A stretch of DNA of 64,000 nt from Anthoceros angustus (Eukaryota > Plantae > Anthocerotophyta): NCBI GenBank assembly GCA_010909165.1, contig MU008173.1:992001-1056000 (forward strand), read 5' to 3'. The notes below the pieces were generated by a model, which had not been told where the DNA came from, ran no database searches, and saw only the letters and a list, made by a program, of their open reading frames with translations. The stretch's first letter is position 1. Each line of letters opens with the position of its first letter. Of the stretch, positions 1-12,625 are shown piece by piece. The position numbers and the translations under genes are program-made.

Positions 1-299
1 CTCTTTTTTTTTCCTTCCCGTCGCAGCGGTAGTGGTCGTAGGTGGGGGCTCCCAGCTTGCAGCGCCTCCTCATCGTCCGACTACCTGCATCTGGTGGAGG
101 AGCGAGAGAAGACGGTGTCCCCGGTGCCCCAGCCCCCGGAGTAACGGCCACTGATCCTAACGGAGCGGAACACCTCGCCGTCCAACGGCACGGAGGCGGC
201 CATCCCCGCCTGCAACCTGTTCTTAGCAGCAGCACCTGGCCGCCTTGGTTGCGCAATGCCGAGCTGGTCCAGGCAGGTTTGGATCTGGGAAGGCAGAGC

Positions 300-1280
300 T
301 GCCTGCACAGAAGGAACTGGAAGATGCACGCCAGGTTTTCGACAGCTTGTCCACAAAGAATGTGGTGACTTTGGCCGCCCTGATATCTGGGTATGGTGCT
401 TGTGTAAGGCACTAGCTTGTTTTAAGTAGATGTTTGTTGCCGGAATTCAGCTTAAAGATGCAACTTTTACGTGCCTTCTAGTCATACAGTCATGAGGGAC
501 TGGTGGATGAGGGTTGCAAGGACTTTGATTCCATGGCTGGATAACGCTCTGGTGGAGAAATCTCTGGTGGACATATGGCCAGTATTTTGACAGCACGAAC
601 ACAAAGAGATGTGGTGACATGGAACGTCCTGATATCTGGCTATGGTGCTAACGATGATGGTCACACAACCCTGGCTTGTTTGCTGGAGATGTTAGTTGCC
701 GATGTTCAGCCCGATGGTGCTACTTTTCTTGCATTCTAGCAGCATGTAGTCATGAGGGACTGGTTGGAAGTTGTCCGTTTATCAGATTCGAGATGCCAGA
801 CTTCCAGATGCTGCACAAAGGAAGGCGGGGTGCATCAGAGCGGAGGCATTCTGGATTACGTAGTGGTCACCTGCCTGGTGGACTCGTATGCAAGATGTGG
901 TGAATTGGAAGATGCGCGCTAGGTTTTTGACAGCTGGAACACAAAGGACGTGTGACATTGAATGCCTTGATCGCTGGGAATGGACCGCAAGGGCTCGGAC
1001 ATAAGGCGCTTGTCGTGTATGGTCAAATGGAGCAGGAGGGTGCTGATTTTAGCTGTCGCGGTACCATTGCTTGCCTTATGAAGGCCCGTGCAAACACTGG
1101 TGCCTTGCATAAAGGCAGACAACTGCACTCAGCAGATTCTTGAAGGACGCTGGTTGATGTAGTGGTGGACACCTGCCTGGTGGACATGAATGCCAATGTA
1201 CTAATCTGGAAGATGCACTCCAGAACAACATGAACACAAGGAATGTGGTGGCATGGACCGCCCTGCTATCTGGGTATAGG
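300..1280 (+). pseudogene. Degenerate PLS-class PPR protein fragments
   Basis: Hand translation gives broken PPR motifs: LEDARQVFDSLSTKNVVT, DVVTWNVLISGYG, DVQPDGATF..ILAACSHEGLV, LVDSYARCGELEDAR*VFD. In-frame stops and frameshifts, no long ORF. Confidence 0.8.
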
Positions 1281-1528
1281 AGGGCAGCGAGCAACAAAAA
1301 GAAAAGAAAGTGATAACCGCGAATGTCCCTTTCGGAGCATAGGAGGGGGAGGGCAGACTTTCGATTCTTAACACCTAAGACAAAAAAATGATCCGCGATT
1401 CGATCTCAGCAGCATTTTCTCAACCAAGAGTTCGGCACCACCCTGTCCAAGCTGTATGAAGACACTAAGCACCCGCCATTACTAGTAGCATCCCATCTAA
1501 GTGATGATGATACATCTGGCCAGGAACC

Positions 1529-1994
1529 CTAAGCCTTCACTGCATACTTGCGGAGAGGGAAGTATGCTTCCCTCTTCTTCTGTCGTTCCGTCTTGGCAGC
1601 AGCCTGGCCGCAAGCATAACATGCATGAGAACAAGCAGATCATTTGCAGCGACCGCGCGGATGCAATCACAAACGAGAAACCAAAAAAAACACAAACCTG
1701 GTGCTTTGTAAGCCGTCGCCTGATGGCCCGAGTCTTCTTGGGCCTCAGGTCCAGCGGTAGGCGCTTGCTCTTGGCGTAGGCGGCCCGCAGGGCTGCCTTC
1801 TGAGTCTGAGAAATGACGGTGAGCACTTGCGCAATGGACAAACGCACCACCTTGATCTTGCTGAGCTTGTTCGGGGCACCGCCTGTGACCTTGGCGACGC
1901 GCAACAGTGCAAGCTCGGCCTTGAGCTCCTTCAGCTGGTTCAGCAGCTCCGCCTTGCTCTTGCCCCGCAGCTCGTGGACCTTGATCTTGGCCAT
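1529..1994 (-). CDS. RPL35: 60S ribosomal protein L35 (uL29), copy 1. Exons 1994-1698 and 1603-1529, 94-nt GT-AG intron
   Basis: [48 protein letters not shown]...RRRLTKHQ spliced to [23 protein letters not shown] gives 123 aa. Confidence 0.95.
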
Positions 1995-2353
1995 CGCGTC
2001 GATCCAGAGAAAGAGTACAATGATACAGCTTAGACCTATTTATTATAAATATTTAATTCTATTTAATCTTAGCTAATTAATCTTATATATGGACCCTAAT
2101 ATAGCCTGGTCGCGTGGGGCCATATTTTGGACCGAACGGCTACGGGACTGCCGGTCCCCGTTGAAACGGGAGGACTGGGACCGGAACCGGAACCGGCAAC
2201 CCCGTGAACCACCGGTCCCCAAGGATTCTTTACACATGTACGCAAGCCGGGATCGGGACCGAGTTACAGAGTTTCAACCCCAGTGCCCAGACCTAGGCAA
2301 GCCCTTTTCAGAGGTTCAGCAGTGTCGTTGTATTCTTTCTCTGGATCGACGCG

Positions 2354-2821
2354 ATGGCCAAGATCAAGGTCCACGAGCTGCGGGGCAAGAGCAAGGCGGA
2401 GCTGCTGAACCAGCTGAAGGAGCTCAAGGCCGAGCTTGCACTGTTGCGCGTCGCCAAGGTCACAGGCGGTGCCCCGAACAAGCTCAGCAAGATCAAGGTG
2501 GTGCGTTTGTCCATTGCGCAAGTGCTCACCGTCATTTCTCAGACTCAAAAGGCAGCTCTGCGGGCCGCCTACGCCAAGAGCAAGCGCCTACCGCTGGACC
2601 TGAGGCCCAAGAAGACTCGGGCCATCAGGCGACGGCTCACAAAGCACCAGGTTTGTGTTTTTTTTGGTTTCTCGTTTCTGATTGCATCCGCGCGGTTGCT
2701 GCAAATGAAGTCTGCTTGTTCTCATGCATATTATGCTTGCGGCCAGGCTGCTGCCAAGACGGAACGACAGAAGAAGAGGGAAGCATACTTCCCTCTCCGC
2801 AAGTATGCAGTGAAGGCTTAG
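2354..2821 (+). CDS. RPL35: 60S ribosomal protein L35 (uL29), copy 2. Exons 2354-2650 and 2747-2821, 96-nt intron
   Basis: Same 123-aa protein as copy 1 after removing GTTTGT...GGCCAG (2651-2746). Confidence 0.95.
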   Translation: MAKIKVHELRGKSKAELLNQLKELKAELALLRVAKVTGGAPNKLSKIKVVRLSIAQVLTVISQTQKAALRAAYAKSKRLPLDLRPKKTRAIRRRLTKHQVCVFFGFSFLIASARLLQMKSACSHAYYACGQAAAKTERQKKREAYFPLRKYAVKA

Positions 2822-3709
2822 GGTTCCAGGCGAGATGTATCATCATCATTTAGATGGGATGCTACTAGTAATGGCGGGTGCTTAGTGTCTTCGTACAGCT
2901 TGGATAGAGTGGTAGCCGAATTCCTGGTTGAGGAAATGCTGCTGAGATCTCATCGCGGATCATTTTTTTTGTCTTAGGTCTTAAGAACCGAAAATTTGCC
3001 CACAACCGTTTGGCCACTGCACTAAAATTTGGTCTCCGATCTGGGGCCTGTGGAGCAGCCAGCCCGACCCGTTCGACACGTTGGTAGGTGACGGGCTGGC
3101 TTCGGAACGTGACGGGCTGCTGATCCTGCTCCGGGCGTCGACCATCTCTGGAAAATCCTTCCCCTCCCACCCATTTTCTCGGAAGTGGACGTGTTGGGAT
3201 CTTACACTGCCGCATGTCAAGGCTCGGTTGCTGTCAGGGGTGGACTCCCTGAGGTGAGGTCAGCCGGAGTTCCTTCTAGACTCCCAGAGAGCACACACAC
3301 CAATTTGCTGGTGCCATAAGGGGTGCTGTTGCTATACGACGGCGTGTTCAAGGACCACTATCGGAAGATGACTCTAACAAAAGACTATGGCAGGATCCCT
3401 GGTTGCTGTGTATGAATGACCACACCACCGTGACGGAGTGAGCAGAGTGGTTTGCATTACTTACCTACGCAGATTCTGTGCGTTCGGTTCTCTTTCGTCA
3501 CATTAGTTGAGGTGCTTCCATCATTTGGTGGGGCGCTTCTCAATCTGCCGATGAGGTCGTTACGCTTGGGCAGGCCGTCCCAGGCTGCCTCAGAGGCCCC
3601 GCGGGCTGTCAGATTTGTCTCGGGTTCGTTTGTAGGAGTCATCTCATCCGAAAGGGTTGAAAACTTCCATCTCCTAAAAGGTAGGTGAAGCTAGTGCCTT
3701 GTGACCTTG

Positions 3710-4120
3710 GTCACAACTACCATACCCAGATATCAGGGCAGTCCTTAACACCACATTCTTTGTGTTTATGCTGTCAAAAATCTAGCGTGCATCTTCCAGA
3801 TTACTACATTTGCATTCATGTCCACCAGGCAGGTGGACACCACTACGTCAACCAGCAGTCCTCCTTCAACAATCTGTTAGTGCAGCTGTCTGCCCTTCTG
3901 CAAGGCACCAGTAGTTGCCAGGGCCTTCAGAAGGCAAGCAAATGTATCACGGCTAGCTTAAATCAGCCCCTCCTGTTCCAATCGACCATACACGACAAGC
4001 CCCTCATGTCCGAGCCCTTGCTGTTCATACCCAGCGATCAGGGCATTTCATATCACACATTCATTGTGTTCCAGCTGTCAAAAACCTGGCGTGCATCGTC
4101 CAATCCACCACATCTTGAGA
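3710..4120 (-). pseudogene. Degenerate PLS-class PPR fragment, inverted paralog of ~890-1280
   Basis: Reverse strand reads RCGGLDDARQVFDSWNT..., DTFACLLKALATTGALQKGRQLH*QIVEGGLLVDVVVSTCLVDM. Confidence 0.78.
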
Positions 4121-4133
4121 TCGCTAGCTACAC

Positions 4134-4852
4134 ATGGAAGCCAAGCGTAAGCGGGATAGGGTAGCCCAGCAGCAGAAGGCAGCTCCCGATGCAGGTGAGC
4201 AAAAGACAAGCGGGCGGGGCCGCTCCGCTGCTCTCGCTTACCGGGGAGCAGGGAGGCAACGACGAGCTTGTGACAAGCCGGTGGACGAGCTGGAGCGGCA
4301 GAGCAGGGAATTCCGAGCTGGGTTGCACCCTCTGCAGCACCGCTTTGTGTGCTGGTACACCCGACGAACTCCCAGTTTTCGAAACATCACCACGTACGAG
4401 GACATCATGAAGAAGATTGCGGAATTCAGCACGGTTGAAGGATACTGGGTATGGGTGTCATCTTACCAGGGCTGTGAACTTGCCGGTTCCCACAGATCTG
4501 CATGTGTTCAAGGAGGGAATCCGCCCTCTGTGGGAGAATGCAGCTAACCGTAATGGAGGCAAGTGGATCATCAGGTTAAAGAAGCTGGTGTCAGGGAGAT
4601 ACTGGGAAGACTTGGTGCTGGCAATGGTGGGTGATCAACTAGAGCCAAGTGACACTGTCTCCGGTGCTGTACTGAGTATCCGATTTGGCGAAGACATCCT
4701 GAGCATCTGGAATCGAAATTTGCAGACAATCAGGCAGTGATGCTACTGAGGGACTCCATCAAACGCCACCTGCACCTTCCTCTCAGCTATCCCTTGGAGT
4801 ACAAGCCTCACGAGTCATGTCGTCCTTCCACAAAACGTGGTTGAGAGGCTAG
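4134..4852 (+). pseudogene. NCBP: Intronless, frameshifted nCBP (class II eIF4E, novel cap-binding protein) copy, probable processed pseudogene
   Basis: LHPLQHRFVCWYTRRTP...FSTVEGYW, then LHVFKEGIRPLWE.AANRNGGKWIIRLKKLVSGRYWEDLVLAMVGDQL...VLSIRFGEDILSIWNRN, then RDSIKRHLHLP...EYKPH...TWLRG*. Frameshifts near 4455 and 4720, no introns. Confidence 0.82.
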
Positions 4853-5213
4853 ACACCTAGGTGCAGAGCACGAGCGTGATGCGGACCCCCACTGTTGCCG
4901 ATTGAGACATTTTTTTTAATAGCACGCAACAGATAGAAAAATAAGCACGGAAAATTAGGCGCCGTGTCCCGACTGCTGAAGTGTCCATAATGCACGCCAT
5001 AATGGAGACCATTCAGTTCATCTGTTATTGCGGGCTGAAGAAGAAGAAGAAGAAGACGTCTATTATAGTCCACTGAGCTATCCGATACTTAGCCCGTCAT
5101 TTGGCTTTCATGCATGTACTGTTAACAGTCCACTTAATTTGGGGTGGCTGGTACCGTGCTGCTTTGAAGTTCTCACGAAATGCCAATTACGTGCTTATGG
5201 GAGGGACGGGAAT

Positions 5214-8200
5214 ATGCATAAGCGGCAGGTTCTTACCGGCGTCCTGGTAGTTGGACTTGTCCTAATCCTTGCCTGTGTCGCGGAGGAGTTCTGGAGGAAA
5301 GGAAGCCTGTACCATGGAGCAGCCCACAGAAGCCATGAAGCGTCTGCCTATCAGCAGCATGAATGTTCAGAGCCAACGACTGAAATTCTCACCAGGAGCT
5401 CCAGGGGACGGGAGACAAAAGCTCTTACTCTTGTTAAGACCCTAATGTCGGGACAACATGAGAGCCAGTGGAAAAAGAGAGACTATATGCGGACCTCGAA
5501 GGGCAGAAGAGCCACAGAAGGGGGGAGATGTGGCAGAGCATTGCTTAAAGGAAGGAGGATCAGCCAGGAGGACCGAATTGTTTGTGTACCTGAGATTCAG
5601 CTGCAGTTTATCGGTTAGCCCTGTTCCTGTTGCATGTACTTGTTCTCACAGGCAATTTTGGTGGGCAGTCGTAAGCGATCTCTGATTGCCCTGTCTGCTC
5701 TGTGCAATGTGCAGATGAGGAGCATTCACCTCAAATAAGCTTGCTTGCAGTCTTTGATGGACATGACGGGCATGAAGCCAGTGAGCTGGCTGCCACAAGC
5801 ATCTATCCTCTGTTTCTACATCACGTGCACTCTATTGTTGATGACATGGCCAGCAGCTTATGTCTCGCTGACATGGATACCTGCTCGCAGCCAGCTGAAA
5901 CCAGAGGACAACACATTCATTCGGCTCAAGTCTATGACTGGTTCTGTGGTGAAGGGAGAAAAAATGGTTCCTCCATGTTATTGGTAGAACAATGTCTCGA
6001 CATGAAGGCAGCTGCAATGGAAGGTCTGTTCGGTGCAGATGATGCGGTGACTTTCTCAGACGTTGTAAAGACCATGTGGGATGCAACAGCGAAGCAAGCT
6101 GCACACAAAGCGGATTTGCAGAGTGCCAAGAAGTGGGATGGCGAATCTCTTGAGAATGTCAGAAACTGGATGGCATCAGGGAAGATGGAAGGTTCGTTCC
6201 TCAGGGCGGTACTGAAAGAAGCTTTAGCGAAGGCTGTTCTGGAGATTGATGCAATTTTCTCCAATGTAAGTTTTTAAGTTACCTGGTCCACTTTTAGGCC
6301 ATTCATTGCAGTGGAATTTCAGTCTGACTGCATGGGACGTGCTTGAGAGGTTGGCCACTGAAACTTTACCTCAGCACAGTGTGCACTCTTATCTGTAGGA
6401 GAGTCTTTCCTTGCACTGTCCTCTTTCATGTACGCATGTCTGCTCAACAGAAAGCTAGGAGGGACGGGCTTGAAGGTGGGTCAACGGCTTGTGTCGTTCT
6501 GCTTGCTGAAAAGCATCTCCTAGTAGCGAACCTTGGAGACTGCAAAGCTTTGATCTGCTCTTCGTCGAGCTCGTGCTCACCACCCCTGCAACAAGGTATT
6601 GCAGATTTCAAAGCTTGATCACAGTGGTCATGAATACTCTGGTTGCAAGAAGTCTGACATGAGTTCTGCTTCCGTTCTTGTGATGTAAGGTGATTGTCAG
6701 GAGGATCCTAGAATTTGTTTGCACAAGCAAAGGCGAAAAAAATCAAGTCAGAGACTTAGTGCAGAAGGAGATGTTCAGCTCTGTGTTAAAGAGCTAACAA
6801 GTGACCACCGTCCAGACAGGGAGGATGAAAGAATTAGGATTCTAGCCGCTGGAGGTTTTATTGAGAATTCTGGAGGTATTCCCAGGGTCAATGGACGCCT
6901 GGCTGTCACACGATCCATTGGAGACATTGCTTTGAAACGGTTTGTGTCAATCTGGTTGCTTTCAGTTACCATTTGATGGAAAGACAGCCACGTCTCTCAG
7001 TGAAAGATAGCGGATTGTGTTGTGGTGTGTACATATCACTCCTGAAATTGCTTTTTGCAGATTTGGGGTCACTGCTGAACCAGAGCTGAGTAGCTGGCAA
7101 AGAATTGCAGATACCGACAACTTCATAGTTGTTGCATCTGATGGTGTCTTTGACAAGATGACTCCACAGGACGTTTGCAGTACTATTTCGGTTGTCACCT
7201 CTGGAAGCTCTATGTCATCAGTAGCAGAGAAATTCCTCCAACCAGAGCCTGCTATTCCATTGTTCCCTAGGGAGAGCTTCAAGAGTTTGGAAGTGGATGG
7301 TGAAACTTTAGCGGTTCCGAAATTCGCGGTGACAGTTCAGGAGGTTAAAACCGTGTCTGTGATGCCACCCTCTCAAAAAGGAAAAACTGCTTTGAGTTTT
7401 CCTAAGAGTGATAGCTTGCGCTTGGATACCCTGGACTTCAAAGGCACTCAGTCGCTAGCCCTTGCAGAGAGTACTGAGCTCGACACAGTTGTGCAACCAC
7501 GGCAGGATGGAGTACACCAACAGATGGCCCAAGCAGTGGTTGACACTGCCCTTGGTTTAGGAAGCATGGACAACTTAGCTGCCGTTGTGCTCCCCTTAAC
7601 ATCATTGCAGTGTCTCAACTCAGGTATATTGCATGAATGTTGCAAAATCTGGGCATCTTGTCATTGTATAACTGATATTCATCTCCTGCTCATCCCGCTG
7701 ATATTCCTCTAGAGAATTTTGATTTTTGTTTGCATGACAATGTATACGCAGAAGAATCCAGTGTGACAGGGGGCAAACGAGAGGACAGGGTTATGACTAT
7801 TGATAAGGATATGGCTCCTAAGACAGCGCAGATGAATGGTATTATAAGCCCTTCTGCTGATATTAGTCCGGAGGATGTTTCAGAAAAGGTGAGCCTGCTT
7901 TGTCTGGAGTGCAAAACTTATATTAGTACAGGATGCAACTCAAAGAACCCAAGCTGGAAAAACCTAACCGAAGTAGTCATAAATGAATAAGGAGTAACAG
8001 GCATACTGCTATTTAATGCCCATAAATATTATGATTTGAACTTGAGGATAATTCATCTAATGCCCAGAGTAACGTATGGATTTTGATTCCGTGATTCATA
8101 ACCGCTGAAGGTGGCATTGTGTATAACATAGCAGATGTCCATGAGAACAGCATTTAACCATACCTGCACCAAAGCAACAATTTTCTTTTCTTGGCATGTT

Positions 8201-11200
8201 GATGGACATGTTTCCACAGAAACAGAAGCCTAATCTCTGCAAGCAAACCACAAGTTTGCCAACATTTAGATTGTGCAGTGATAGCAAGTAGATGAAGTTG
8301 AGCTCAATATCCACCAGGAAACTGATCTCTTACCTGGATGCTTCTCGCTCAGTTCATTTCTATTGGGTAACAATATGACATTCCTCCTACTGGGTGATTG
8401 CTATTGTAATGTCAGAAATTTTACAGTTGATGACTATGACAGGATCCTGAGGTGCAGGTTAGTAGGCGTGGGCAGTGTTACGAGCTCATAAAGGCACTTC
8501 CACGACAATTAATCATACCTATGTACCCTGTTCCTACAACTATTGAAAGGGGTTTCAAACAGGAGCCTCAGGTCATCACTGAACCTGAAGCCAAGCATGA
8601 GGGTGGTTTGCTTCAGAGCATCCCTGATTACAAGCCAGGCAATGAAGGTTCGTTAGGTGGTCAAAGTTTTCAAGCATCTGAAATAATTGTCATTGAGGGT
8701 TTTGCTTTGACTTCTCCTTACCAATATTGTTTTAGATGCATTCTGCTGTGCTCTTTCAGGGAGAGGTGAGTATGAACTGGATGTCTATCGTGAGCATCTG
8801 GTGTATGCTCCAGGACAATCTGAGATGGGACAGCGTCAGGAAGTTTGCCTCAGGCCCAAAGGCTTGTCACAGTATTTAAGTCTGATCGGATCTGTACCTG
8901 TTGATACTCTCAGCTTGCCAGCTTCTGAGAGGGACTCCATGTTAGGGAGACAAGCCGAGTCGACTATGCTACCTCTATATATGGTTCATCACCATAGGTA
9001 GAGAGTATGCTATGTTGACAGCTCATGCTGTGTATCTTTATTGACACTGCTAGGATCTATTGACTTTCCCGTGGCTGTCCAGGTATTTGCTAAAAAGGAA
9101 TATTGCAAAAGGAGCGTTTGGGGAGATCTGGCTGGGGGTTAGCAGAGAATGCCTCGCAGGGGCAGAGGAGTCCGGGTCCTTCAACTTGCTTCATCCGGAG
9201 AAGGCATGCAATCATTCAAGCTGCAATAGCAACACAGAGGAAAACTACTTTGGCATCTGGGGGGATGCTATGTGTCTTGACAAGGCGGAGACTTTCATCT
9301 TCAAACGTATATTAGTATGGTTACCCCTTTTAACTCTTCTCAGAGTAGCTATACCCTGTATATTTTTTGTCCCTTCAGCTTTTGGATTCTACTACATTCC
9401 CTTGCTGTCCAATGAACTTGGTGAAGGAAAGCGTGCAGACACTTTGCATACTGAGTTCTACTTGGTTTGATGAGCAGGTGGAAAAAGGCAGCAGTACCGT
9501 TCTGAGCGGATATCGTGAGAAGTACTTTGGCGAGCTATTCCTCAATTCCTCTAGAACTCTAGGGGAGGAGCAAACCCTGAGATCTTCAGGTAGCAGTCAT
9601 CTGGGAACTCCAGGTTTTGTCCTTAAGAATGCTTTGTTCATGGAAAGTTGAGGACTGACCTTTGTGCCCAGATGTTGACATTAATCAGCAAAGTGATTAT
9701 CAGAAGTGGAGGGACGAAGGATTAGGACATGTTGCACGGTACATAGAGGCCTTTGAAAGGCCAACCGGCAATGAACTATGGTTGGTGTTCCGGAATGAAG
9801 GCCAATCGCTGTCAAAGCTCTTGTACGTCGCTGATACATCATCAACTAACACGGAAGCGGGACATCATAGAGGTTTTAATGTGCTAAAGCCTTCACCATG
9901 GTGGCATTGGTTGAAGACTACTGATGTTGGGCACAAGGAGATGCGCAACCTTTTAAGACAACTGGTGCGTGGAACCTGGTACACTGTGGTTGTGAACGTA
10001 CTGAGGCCATAGTGTCTTGTCTTCAGTACCTGTCAACTGTTGCATGTCTGAATAAGATCTGTGGGTAGCCATGGGTGATCACTTCTAATTCCTTGGCTGC
10101 ACTCTCTGAGTTGCAGCTCCTGGCTGTGCATGCATGCCATAGTCGCAACATAACTCATCGGGATATCAAGCCAGGTGACAGAGTTGCAGTGTGTGAGGTT
10201 GTAGTGCTTGCTGAATCTTTATCCATGTAGCCTAACATGTCATGTTGTTCCAGAAAATATGATTGTTAAGTCGAGCGGCCTTGCTGGTGGGCCACTGGCT
10301 GACTGGCCAACGAATCTGACAATGTGAGTGGTTGCACTGCTCTGATGGAGGAAGACCTGAGGCAGCCAACTGCATTGTGTTCGGTTTTGTACTTCTGCGT
10401 AATGGGTGCTAACATGAGTATCGTTCCAGGCACCTGATTGACTTTGGGAGTGCCATTGACCCATTCACTTTGCAGAATTTATACGGCCGCTCCGGTCCGA
10501 CTCAGTAAGTAGTCTGCACTGGCTTGCTCGTAAATCCTTGGTTTCAAACAGTTATGTTTCATCTCTGAACATCTCCTGTGGTACACAGAGATGAGCAGAC
10601 TCTTGAGTATGCTCCTCCTGAAGCCTTATTGGGGAGGCACTGGATCCACTTTCACGCGCACAAGGCTCATGTGTAAGCTAGGACTATCCACTTATCGCTC
10701 ATCGGAGTAACTCGTTTAGTATGGTACTGTTCATGTGATAAGGGCTATCTCTGGGTTGTGTGGAGCAATTAGTCGTCAGATTGTGACACTGCAATGCTGC
10801 ATGTAAAAATTGATCCAAAGGTATGACATATGGAGCGTGGGAGTCGTGATGCTGGAGCTGGTGTTGGGGACGCCCCATGTCTTTCAGATCAGTGCTCGAA
10901 CTCGAGCGCTCCTTGATCACCGCTTGAAAGGCTGGGATCAGGCTGCTAAAGAAACGGCTTACATGTGTGTCTTCTGTTCAATCCACTTTGCATGTTTTTG
11001 AGTGACACTTTTACCAAATTGGAGTTGGCAAGCAGGATGTTTCTGCCAAGCACTGTGGTTTATTCGCCCTTTTCGCGTTCTAAATACTGGATTCTGGTGG
11101 TGTCCGTCATGTGCAGGCTCCGGGCTTTCATGGAGATGTGTATTCTCCCACCAGGGATACCCCCACATCGTCATCATCGTCACGGTGACAATCCAGTTGA

Positions 11201-11799
11201 CCAAACCGTATGATATCTCTTCACTCAACCTACTCAGCTGCTTGGCATTTCTGTATCGTTCCTGTAGAACTTGCAGGTTTCTCAAGACAGCATGCAAATG
11301 CAGGAAGATGCTCGACTTGTATCATTCGAATGCAGTGACGCTGCCTTCAGCGAACAAATAAAACAGCGGGATCCCCTGGGCATAGGGTCTTCTCTCCTCC
11401 TCCCATCATTTTGCTTGTCAAGCAACAGTTGATTCTGCTATGTTATTAGTTTCAATTCTGAAACCTCAACCTTATGTGCAGGATGCCGGATCTGTCGGCC
11501 ATGCGCCTAGTTCGTCGCCTCCTAGAGTGGTATCCCGTAAGTGACCGTGTTGGTGCTTAATTATCGACCTTGAATGGCAATGTAGTCATTGCAGAAATGC
11601 TTGTGAGTTTCTTCATTTTGTTCATAGACATTCAACAATTCTGGTCTCCTATGGCAGTATATCTATGCAATGCCTGGTGGTGTAACAGTGAGAACTGACC
11701 ATGGGAGTTGAATTGCGGCAGGATGATCGGATCTCAGCTTTGGAGGCTCTGCAGGATGCTTATTTCCACGAAGCTGAGGACAGTACAAATGGATTCTGA
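5214..11799 (+). CDS. Multi-exon PP2C phosphatase - protein kinase fusion with N-terminal hydrophobic anchor (At3g63340/PP2C51-like)
   Basis: PP2C motifs [69 protein letters not shown]. Kinase motifs [38 protein letters not shown]. Exon boundaries only partly traced. Confidence 0.88.
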
Positions 11800-12485
11800 A
11801 GAAAACCCGAAACTAAAATCCTTATGGATACTCATAATACCTACTGAAGCTTCGGGATTTGTATGTACCGCGTTCCTGGACTCCTGATGTTAATGACAAT
11901 GACCTTTTAAAAAGATTATTCAGATACATCGGTGTATTTAAGTAGCTATTTAGGCACCTGTCGTTGTCTGTTCCGAACACGTAGCTTTGTATTTAGCATA
12001 AGCCATACAGCGGAATGCTCACCGGATCTTCATCGCCATGGCTTTACGATGAGCATGGACTCTACAAGCTGAGCTGATACGGAGGGATGGGGTTATTTGG
12101 ACATTATAGGGACGTGTCAGTAGAACAGGGTTGTGGATGATGCAGCTCCAGCTGTCTCGCCTTCTCCATCAGGGCTGTCCTCCGACAGGCCTTCCTTTGG
12201 GATGCGTTGTACAGAGTCTATTTCTGAGGCTCAGAGTCCTCCCGATGCCATCTGCCTCCCAGGCTTAGGGCAGAGTCTCGCTGTTCCGTCTGCCTGCCTC
12301 GCCGCAGCGACACCAGTGTGGGGGCATGTGGATTCTGCTGTGGAGCATGCGGCTTCAGCATCCCACTATGGTGTTCGTACCCTAAGGTAAGCCTTCTTCC
12401 CTCCCCTAGCAAACGCGAACTGCGGGTTTTGGCCAGAGGCCTGCCCAAGCTATACACCAAGGCACAGAGATGCACAGCTCATCCC

Positions 12486-12625
12486 TTTTGATTGAATGAT
12501 GGCCAGCTTGGCCTTGCGATTGAATGATGGGGCAGCTTGCCCCTTGCGATTGAATTGAATGACGGGGCAGCTTGTCCCTTGCGATTGAATTGAATGATGG
12601 GGCGACTTTCCCTTCGAATGACGGG
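12486..12625. repeat. Short minisatellite, ~30-35 bp unit (CCTTGCGATTGAA(TTGAA)TGA[TC]GGGGC...)
   Basis: About four consecutive degenerate units are visible by eye. Confidence 0.75.

Larger units (their letters stand above)
1351..3001. repeat. Long inverted repeat. Arms ~1351-2030 and ~2317-3001, ~290-bp spacer
   Basis: CDS, intron, short 5' flank and ~180 bp of 3' flank match in reverse complement (e.g. gatccgcgattcgatctcagcagcatt vs aatgctgctgagatctcatcgcggatc), with scattered substitutions. Confidence 0.92.

Noticed and set aside
2110-2285. Ac/Ds-like MITE in the RPL35 spacer
   Set aside because: Only an 8-bp inverted match (GTTGAAAC/GTTTCAAC) and no target-site duplication. Not enough to annotate.
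2089-2853. 254-aa ORF, and a 155-aa read-through RPL35 with an apparent insertion
   Set aside because: The first is an alternative frame. The insertion is a stop-free 96-nt GT-AG intron whose paralog is 94 nt.
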